Of a stretch of 32,000 bases of DNA, positions 26,302 through 32,000 are shown piece after piece (position 1 is the stretch's first letter; each line of letters begins with the position of its first letter). Source of the DNA: Micrococcus luteus NCTC 2665 (lineage in GTDB: Bacteria > Actinomycetota > Actinomycetes > Actinomycetales > Micrococcaceae); the NCBI RefSeq assembly GCF_000023205.1, contig NC_012803.1, positions 780,001 through 812,000 of the forward strand, given 5' to 3'. The translations under genes were made by a program, and so were the position numbers. The notes below the pieces were generated by a model. It saw only the letters and a list, made by a program, of their open reading frames with translations, was not told where the DNA came from and did not search any database.

Positions 26302-27705
26302 GTGGACTTCGGAGCGTACGGACGGCTGTTGCAGGACCCTCGGATCCGCCATCTGCTGGCGGTGGGGTTCATCGCCCGCTTCCCGCACACCGCGGCCGGG
26401 GTGATCCTCACCCTCCACGTGGCTCTCACGCTGGGGCTGGGCTACGGCCAGGCCGGCCTGGCCGGGGCGGCGATGACGCTGGGCATCGCAGTGGGCTCGC
26501 CGTGGCGGGGCCGCGTGGTGGACGCGAAGGGGCTGCGCCGTGCACTGTTGCCCTCCGTGATCGCGGAGGCGGTGATCTGGCCGATCGTCCCGTGGCTGCC
26601 GTTCTGGCCGATGCTCCTGGCCGTGTTCCTGGGCGGCGTGTTCTCGCTGCCGATCTTCTCCGTCGTCCGGCAGGGACTCGGCGTGCTCACCCACGGCAAG
26701 GACCGGCAGACGGCCTTCGCTCTGGACTCCATCGTCACGGAGACGATCTTCATGATGGGCCCGGCGCTGGGCGCCGTCGTCGCGGCCACGTGGTCGAGCG
26801 CCCTCGGCCTGACCATCGTCGGCCTCTCCAGCGCGCTGGGCGGCATCCTGCTGATGTGGTTCAACCCGCCCACGCGCTCGAGTCAGCTGGCCGTCGTCGG
26901 GCCGGCGACCGAGGACCCGTACACCGAGGAGCAGGACCGTCAGGAGGCGATCGCCCAGGCGGTGACCGCCGCGCCCATGCACGTGGAGATGGCCGCCCCC
27001 AGCCTGGCCACCGGCGCGCTGCCGGCGATCACCGAGGCCATCCCGATCGTCACCGGGGCGCTGCCGGTGATCGCCGCGGACGGCTCCGGGCCGACGACGG
27101 CGCCGCGCCGGGCCCGGGCCGAGCGGCTGCGGCAGTGGCGGCGGAGCCACTTCTCCTGGGTTGGGTCGGAGGTGCTCGGCGTGCTCGTGGTGTCGATGGC
27201 GGCCGGGATCGTCATGGTCGGCACCGAGGTCTCGATGGTGGCCGAGCTGGAGTCGCAGGGCGCCGCGGCGTCGGTGGGTCTGGTGTACGCGTTCTGGTGC
27301 GGTGCCTCCGCCGTGGGCGGGCTGTTCTACGGGGCCTGGGGTCGCCAGGTGCACCCGTACCTGCTGATGGCGCTGTTCGCCGTGGCGACGGTGCCGCTCG
27401 CGCTCGTGGACGGGGTGTGGGCGCTCGCGCTGGCCTCGATCCCCTCGGGTCTGCTGACGGCGCCGACCCTGGCCTCGGCCTCGTCGCGGCTGTCGCACCT
27501 CGTGGAGGAGGAGCGGCGTGGCGAGGCGATGGGCTTCTACGGCTCGGCCATGACCGCGGGCGCCGCGATGGGCGCCCCGCTGGCCGGCGTGTTCATCGAC
27601 GGCATCGCCCCGTCCGCGGGCTACGTGTTCGCTGCGGCCGCGGGCTTCGTGCTCGTGCTGCTGGCCGCCCTGGCGACGGCGGCGCGCGGGCGGCGCTCCG
27701 CCTGA
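26302..27705 (+). CDS. MFS transporter with an unusually long central cytoplasmic loop
   Basis: There are 6+6 hydrophobic segments. A loop 2-3 motif-like GSPWRGRVVDAKGLRR is present. The central hydrophilic insert is about 100 aa (PPTRSSQLAVVGPATEDPYTEEQDRQEA...RRARAERLRQWRRSHF). Confidence 0.8.
   Translation: MDFGAYGRLLQDPRIRHLLAVGFIARFPHTAAGVILTLHVALTLGLGYGQAGLAGAAMTLGIAVGSPWRGRVVDAKGLRRALLPSVIAEAVIWPIVPWLPFWPMLLAVFLGGVFSLPIFSVVRQGLGVLTHGKDRQTAFALDSIVTETIFMMGPALGAVVAATWSSALGLTIVGLSSALGGILLMWFNPPTRSSQLAVVGPATEDPYTEEQDRQEAIAQAVTAAPMHVEMAAPSLATGALPAITEAIPIVTGALPVIAADGSGPTTAPRRARAERLRQWRRSHFSWVGSEVLGVLVVSMAAGIVMVGTEVSMVAELESQGAAASVGLVYAFWCGASAVGGLFYGAWGRQVHPYLLMALFAVATVPLALVDGVWALALASIPSGLLTAPTLASASSRLSHLVEEERRGEAMGFYGSAMTAGAAMGAPLAGVFIDGIAPSAGYVFAAAAGFVLVLLAALATAARGRRSA
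27009..27072 (+). repeat. Imperfect 22-nt direct repeat, 42 nt apart, in frame inside the MFS central loop
   Basis: CACCGGCGCGCTGCCGGCGATC (27009-27030) versus CACCGGGGCGCTGCCGGTGATC (27051-27072), 20 of 22 identical. They encode TGALPAI and TGALPVI. Confidence 0.6.
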
Positions 27706-27724
27706 GTCGGGCCCGCTCCGCGGC

Positions 27725-28303
27725 TCAGGCCAGGAGCTCGTGGATGCGGCGGACCAGCACGGCGGTGAGGTCCGCGTCGAAGTCCGCGGTGGAGGAGTCC
27801 ATGAACAGGTGCCAGTCCGTGTCGTACTCGAAGAGGTCGGCGGGGCGGTCCGGGTGCTCGGCGGTGGCCGCGTAGGAACGGGCTGTCTCGAGGTCGCCCT
27901 CGAGGGCCCAGGGGTCGCGGGCGCCGAGGTGGATCTGCAGGGCGGTGTGGGGCTGCCAGAGCGGGGCGTAGGCGTCGAGGGCCTCGGCGCCGGCGATGGC
28001 GATGCACGCGCGGAAGCCGGGGACCACCTGGGCGGCACGCCAGGCGGGCATCACGCCCAGGCTGATGCCCGCGACGACGGAGGCCTCCTGGTGCTCGGCA
28101 CACGCCCGCATGCCGCGCCGGCCGATCTCCTCGAAGCCGATCTGCTGGGCGTGGGCGACACCCTCGTCCACGGTGGCGAAGGTGCGGCCGTCGTAGAGGT
28201 CAGGGGTGTGGACGGTGCGACCGCCGGCGGCGATCTGTTCGGCGAGCGTGCGCACGCCGTCCGTGAGACCGAGGGCGTGGTGGAAGAGGATGATCTGCGC
28301 CAT
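27725..28303 (-). CDS. Dienelactone hydrolase family protein (alpha/beta hydrolase, 192 aa)
   Basis: MAQIILFHHALGLTDGVRTLAEQIAAGGRTVHTPDLYDGRTF, GISLGV (nucleophile-elbow-like), IHLGARDPW, DWHLFMD are typical of short DLH-like proteins. Confidence 0.75.
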   Translation of the reverse strand: MAQIILFHHALGLTDGVRTLAEQIAAGGRTVHTPDLYDGRTFATVDEGVAHAQQIGFEEIGRRGMRACAEHQEASVVAGISLGVMPAWRAAQVVPGFRACIAIAGAEALDAYAPLWQPHTALQIHLGARDPWALEGDLETARSYAATAEHPDRPADLFEYDTDWHLFMDSSTADFDADLTAVLVRRIHELLA

Positions 28304-28310
28304 GGGTCAG

Positions 28311-28316
28311 AGCGTA
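28311..28316 (-). promoter_or_regulatory. -10 hexamer TACGCT 7 nt before the dienelactone hydrolase ATG (leaderless-type)
   Basis: Minus strand: TACGCT-CTGACCC-ATG(28303). No SD sequence. Confidence 0.3.
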
Positions 28317-28834
28317 GACCGCGGTGAGCGGCTGCCCCATCGTGGGGGTGTGTGAGCGGGGGCGAAGACGTGAGGTGGCTCGCGTCTGTCGCCACGGGTG
28401 AGTTGGCGCTCATTGCGTGGAGGGCAAGCGCAGTGCTTCCCCGACTGGTGCCCTGGGTTCTCGTCTCGGCGGCCCCAGGACAGCACCGTCTCAGTCTTCA
28501 CGTCGCGCGGTCGGAGACTGCGCGAGCGAGCGGCGAGGAATCTTCTGCATGAGTGCCGAGGCACTCGTGCGATCGGTCACGGGGCTGCTCGAGGCAGGAG
28601 CGGGCAGCGGCCTCCTGGCCTCATCCGTCCTGCGACCTTCGGGACGTCTTCGCCGGACGATGCCGCGGCCGCTTCGGACGTACGGCGACGAAGGGGCGCC
28701 CTGTCCGACTGCTCCTGGCGACCTCGACCACGGCATCCACGTTCGACGGAGGACGGGAGAACGTCTCGCCGGGTGGACGTCGGAGCTGAGTCCACCGTTC
28801 CGCTGCGGTCACACGGGAATCGCCGTCAGTGCGG

Positions 28835-31834
28835 TCACGCCGGGGCGGGAGACGCGAGCTGGCAGGGCATGCCGGGTTCGGGGACGGCGGGACTGATGTG
28901 CACGGCCCGCCCCGGCAGGGGCTCGACCTCGGTCAGCCGGGGCCAGATGAGCCGGTGCTCGGCGTTCGTCCCGGCCGGCACGAAGAAGCGGTGGGGCAGG
29001 TGCAGCAGCAGCCGGCCCGTCGCCAGCTCGCGGCCGCCGAACACCGCCAAACGCAGCCCGGCGGCCGCCGGACGGCCGAGCCAGTCGTGCACGTCCTCCT
29101 CGACCGTGCGGTAGGTGTCCCCGACGCGCAGGCCGGACCACGCGTTCCAGCCCGTGATCACCGCCGTGCCGCCCGCGGCCGCGAGCTCGCGCAGGCGGGC
29201 CAGGACGGCCTCACCGGCCCCCTCGGCGTCCGGGGTCAGCACCGGCGTCCCGGACCGCGCGGCCGTCGCGGCCTCCCCGGTGCCGTCCAGCACGGCCACC
29301 GGCCGGCCGCTGCGCATCGCCACCTCGACGACGGCGGCCAGCGTCTCCGCGCGACCGCCCGCGGCCTCGACGATCCATGCCGTGCGTCCCTCCGCGCCGG
29401 TCGGCCACCGCCAGGGACGGTGCCGGCCGTGGGCCGCGTCGTCGAGCAGGGCCAGGGCCGTGGCCTCGGCCCGGCGAGCGCGGTCCGGCACCCAGCGCTC
29501 CGGCAGGGCGGGGGTGACCACGGGCGGGGGTGTGGGCCAGTCACCCGCCGCGTAGTTCTCCACCAGGACCGAGACGACGGCCTCCCAGGGGGCGACGGCC
29601 GGGGCGGCCGCGGCCTCGCCCAGCCGCCGCCACACGGGCGTGCCGCCGTCGACCGTCCACTGGGATGCGCGGAACGAGACCGTCGGGCGCCCCGCCGTCG
29701 AGAGGATCGCGGAGCCGGGGCGACGCGGGTCGAGCCGGGCCGCGGCGGCCGTGCCCACGAGGTCCCACGACTCCTGCTCCGTCGCGGTGCGCAGGGCGAT
29801 CGTGCTGCCCAGGTTCGAGCGCAGGTCCGAGCCCACCGCACCCGTGGCCCGCTGCGTGGCCAGGATGAGGTGGAAGCCGAGGGAACGGCCCGTGGCGGCC
29901 AGACGCTGCAGGACGGCGGCCGCGTCCGGGTGGTCGTCCACGAGCACGCGCAGTTCGTCGATCGCCACGACGAGCCGAGGCAGCGCCGCGTCCGGATGGC
30001 GGCGACGGAAACCGGGATAGTCGCTGACCCCGGCCTCTGCGAAGAGGGCCTCGCGGCGATGCAGCTCCGCCCGGATGGCGCTCAGCGCCCGCAACGAGGC
30101 CGTTCCCACGTGGTTGGTCTCCAGGCTCATCGTGTGGGGGAGCGCGCCCAGCGGACCGAACGACGCGCCGCCCTTGAAGTCCAGCAGCAGGAACGCGACC
30201 TCGGCCGGCGGGTGGTGCGCCGCAGCCCCCAGCAGGAGGGACAGCAGGAGATCCGACTTCCCGGATCCCGTGGTGCCCGCGATGAGCAGGTGCGGCCCGT
30301 CGGCGGCCAGGTCCATCTCGACGACGCCCGTCTCGTCGCCGCTACGGGCGAGGGTCACGGTGAGCCCGTCGACGGCATCGCGGGCGCCCACCTGCCCCGG
30401 TGGTGTGAGCGTGCCGTCGCCGTCGTCGGTGGGCAGCAGGCCGAGGTCCACGACGTCGTCGGCCAGCTCGGTCAGCCAGGCGACCAGGGTGCCGTCGGCG
30501 AGGCCGTCGGCGGCCACGTCCTCGAAGCGCTGCTGTTCGGCCGGGACCACGACGGTGCGCCCGCGCAGGTCGACGACGGCGTCCCCCGGCGCAGGCGGCG
30601 GCCCGGTGAAGTCGTACCGCGTCCAGGGCAGAACCGTCCGGCCCGTGGGCGTCGTCCCCGCGTCGTCGCCGATGGCGGCCCGCCACGCTCGCCACGCCGG
30701 ATCCAGTGCCGCGTCCTCAGGAGCCGACACCAGCAGCCGCGGGCCGGACCCGCCCGACCACCAGGTGCGGCGGACTCCACCGGCCTCCACCACGAACGCG
30801 CCGTCGGCGGCCACCGCGTGCCGCAGGAGCTGGAACACCGCCCACCGGCAGGCCCCGGCCACATCGCGCGGCGGCCCGAGCACGACGACGCGCGACTCCG
30901 GCGGTGACGTCGTCATCACGGTGCGCCGCGACGTGACGGCCTCCACCCATGCCTCGTCCGGGTCGTCCCGCGACAGGGACAGCGCCCCGACGCCGGAACC
31001 CCACGAGACCGCCACGGCCTCGTCGGCCCCCGACGTCAGCCCGAAGCGGTCCGTCGCGCCGGAGCGGACGGCGCGGGCCACCGCACCGGGGCTCAGTGCC
31101 GCCTGAGCCCGCCGGCGCACGACCGCGTCCGCGCGGGCGGCGAGCAGCCGCGCATGCCGCAGCCGGGTACGGCGCTGCATCGCCAGCATGACCAGCGCCA
31201 CCGTCACGGACAGCACACCGAACAGCAGGAACACCGGGTTGCCCATCATCAGGACCAGGGCGACCCCGAGCACCAGCGGGCCCAGGGCCGCCACCAGCGG
31301 GATCACGACGGACTGCCGGGCCGGTGGGGATCCGAGGTCGACGGCGGGCGGCTCCGGCGTGACCGGCCGCGGCAGGGCGGCCCCGGGCCCGCGGACCAGG
31401 CCCAGGGCGGTCCGGCCCACAGGGAGCGGGCTGCGGCCGTCCCACAGGCGTCCGGTGTCCCGAGGACCGTCGTGGACGTGCAGCCCGGTGGGCGCGAGCC
31501 GCAGACGCATCGGCCGCGACGGGGCAGAGGGGTCGTCCAGCAGCAGCCGCGCCCCGCCGCGTCCCGTGCTCAACCCGCCCTCCCCCAGAGGGACGAGGCG
31601 GCCGGCGTCGGGTCCGTGCTCGGTGACCACCGCGAGCTCCGGCCCCCGGGCCGGTGCACTCCCGACCCGTTCCGCGTACGTCACGCTGCGCGGCCCGGCA
31701 GCGCACCGGTGCAGCGACCGGGCGGGAAAACGTTCCCGCACCGCCCGGTCCTGCTCGTCCGCGTCGGCGGGGAAGTGCTCCACCCGCCATGTCTCGGGAG
31801 CGGCCCCGCCCAGGATCCGCACGCTCCAGGCCAT
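28835..31834 (-). CDS. FHA-domain + FtsK/SpoIIIE-family multi-P-loop ATPase, EssC/EccC-like (999 aa)
   Basis: ATG 31834 preceded by GGGAGGGAGGGG. N-terminal FHA-like segment (ELAVVTEHGPDAGRLVPLGEGGLSTGRGGARLLLDDPSAPSRPMRLRL). Two TM helices (VVIPLVAALGPLVLGVALVLMMG, VFLLFGVLSVTVALVMLAM). A first ATPase-like domain lacks a Walker A (VVVLGPPRDVAGA). The central domain is canonical FtsK: Walker A IAGTTGSGKS (30254-30277), Walker B LVVAIDEL (about 29954-29974), ILATQR. A third, degenerate domain follows (TAWIVEAAGGRAETL). Confidence 0.85.
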   Translation of the reverse strand: MAWSVRILGGAAPETWRVEHFPADADEQDRAVRERFPARSLHRCAAGPRSVTYAERVGSAPARGPELAVVTEHGPDAGRLVPLGEGGLSTGRGGARLLLDDPSAPSRPMRLRLAPTGLHVHDGPRDTGRLWDGRSPLPVGRTALGLVRGPGAALPRPVTPEPPAVDLGSPPARQSVVIPLVAALGPLVLGVALVLMMGNPVFLLFGVLSVTVALVMLAMQRRTRLRHARLLAARADAVVRRRAQAALSPGAVARAVRSGATDRFGLTSGADEAVAVSWGSGVGALSLSRDDPDEAWVEAVTSRRTVMTTSPPESRVVVLGPPRDVAGACRWAVFQLLRHAVAADGAFVVEAGGVRRTWWSGGSGPRLLVSAPEDAALDPAWRAWRAAIGDDAGTTPTGRTVLPWTRYDFTGPPPAPGDAVVDLRGRTVVVPAEQQRFEDVAADGLADGTLVAWLTELADDVVDLGLLPTDDGDGTLTPPGQVGARDAVDGLTVTLARSGDETGVVEMDLAADGPHLLIAGTTGSGKSDLLLSLLLGAAAHHPPAEVAFLLLDFKGGASFGPLGALPHTMSLETNHVGTASLRALSAIRAELHRREALFAEAGVSDYPGFRRRHPDAALPRLVVAIDELRVLVDDHPDAAAVLQRLAATGRSLGFHLILATQRATGAVGSDLRSNLGSTIALRTATEQESWDLVGTAAAARLDPRRPGSAILSTAGRPTVSFRASQWTVDGGTPVWRRLGEAAAAPAVAPWEAVVSVLVENYAAGDWPTPPPVVTPALPERWVPDRARRAEATALALLDDAAHGRHRPWRWPTGAEGRTAWIVEAAGGRAETLAAVVEVAMRSGRPVAVLDGTGEAATAARSGTPVLTPDAEGAGEAVLARLRELAAAGGTAVITGWNAWSGLRVGDTYRTVEEDVHDWLGRPAAAGLRLAVFGGRELATGRLLLHLPHRFFVPAGTNAEHRLIWPRLTEVEPLPGRAVHISPAVPEPGMPCQLASPAPA

Positions 31835-31921
31835 CCCCGCCCCTCCCTCCCGAGACCGGCGACCGGCCCGTCCGGCCGCCTGGGGACGACCCTGCCACGG
31901 CCTGATGGCGGTTCGGGCGGC

Positions 31922-31969
31922 CTGTGGACAACTCCCCGTCGAACGGGACCGCCGCCACGTTGTCCACAG
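31922..31969. repeat. Perfect 11-bp inverted repeat with a 26-nt spacer upstream of the FtsK-like gene
   Basis: CTGTGGACAAC (31922-31932) and GTTGTCCACAG (31959-31969). The spacer contains a small inner hairpin, CCCG-TCGAA-CGGG. It lies 88-135 nt upstream of the ATG at 31834 (minus strand). Confidence 0.6.
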
Positions 31970-32000
31970 TCATGGTGTCCTGGACCACACGCATCGACGG

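Noticed and set aside
26032-30907. ORFs 26032-28038 (-, 668 aa), 26277-27875 (+, 532 aa), 28829-30907 (+, 692 aa) and 30717-31994 (-, 425 aa)
   Set aside because: They are out of frame or antisense to the MFS, hydrolase and FtsK-like genes, with extreme Arg/Pro/Gly content. The 30717-31994 frame (MRVVQDTMTVDNV..) has fair GC3 at its start. However, it has no stop for over 1.1 kb inside the FtsK-like gene, so it cannot be a separate gene as it stands.
28835-31834. The FtsK-like gene as a TraB-type conjugative DNA translocase marking an integrated element (AICE/ICE)
   Set aside because: No integrase, excisionase, replication gene, tRNA attachment site or flanking direct repeats are visible in the window. 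The FHA plus stacked degenerate P-loop architecture also fits secretion ATPases better than single-domain TraB. This cannot be fully excluded without sequence beyond 32000.
1-32000. Search for rRNA, tRNA, tmRNA, CRISPR arrays, transposases and IS inverted repeats
   Set aside because: I found no tandem repeat-spacer pattern, no GTTCGAATC-type T-loop with a matching acceptor or T stem in any spacer, and no DDE or serine/tyrosine recombinase motifs in any frame. The TTCGAA-containing sites are LexA boxes.

Overview
High-GC actinobacterial chromosome segment (over 70% G+C by eye, very strong GC3 bias in real genes). Gene order suggests a Micrococcales-type genome, but that is inference only. About two thirds is a conserved core neighbourhood. 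On the + strand it runs: unknown membrane protein, clgR-like HTH, DUF3046, recA, recX, miaB, miaA, dapF. A convergent methyltransferase plus flavoprotein pair follows on the - strand, then hflX and a coupled DinG-like helicase, then a DASS anion transporter. lexA (-) is divergent from a LysM gene, which runs into hisC-hisB-hisH-(small membrane ORF)-hisA and a frameshifted SseB-like gene. The right-hand third (about 21.7-32 kb) looks more accessory. It holds a secreted S1 protease, a MarR / FMN reductase / luciferase-like monooxygenase operon, a LURP-one-like protein, an MFS transporter and a dienelactone hydrolase. It ends with a 0.5 kb stretch lacking coding signature and a 999-aa FHA + FtsK/SpoIIIE ATPase that resembles type VII secretion EssC/EccC. 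I saw no rRNA, tRNA, CRISPR array, transposase or integrase. Clear regulatory signals are Cheo-type LexA boxes (TCGAAC-N4-GTTCGA) at recA and in the lexA/LysM divergent region, a recurrent TAnnnT-N6/7-start-codon arrangement (leaderless transcripts), and several GC-rich hairpins between convergent genes. I did not find a convincing complete novel multi-gene system. The items most worth a second look are the orphan EssC-like ATPase with its non-coding flank and upstream inverted repeat, the 7-codon mini-ORF in the long hflX leader, a leaderless uORF stop-start coupled to lexA, the interrupted SseB-like gene, and a 52-aa membrane ORF embedded in the his operon. All family assignments come from motif recognition in the supplied translations; no database search was possible.
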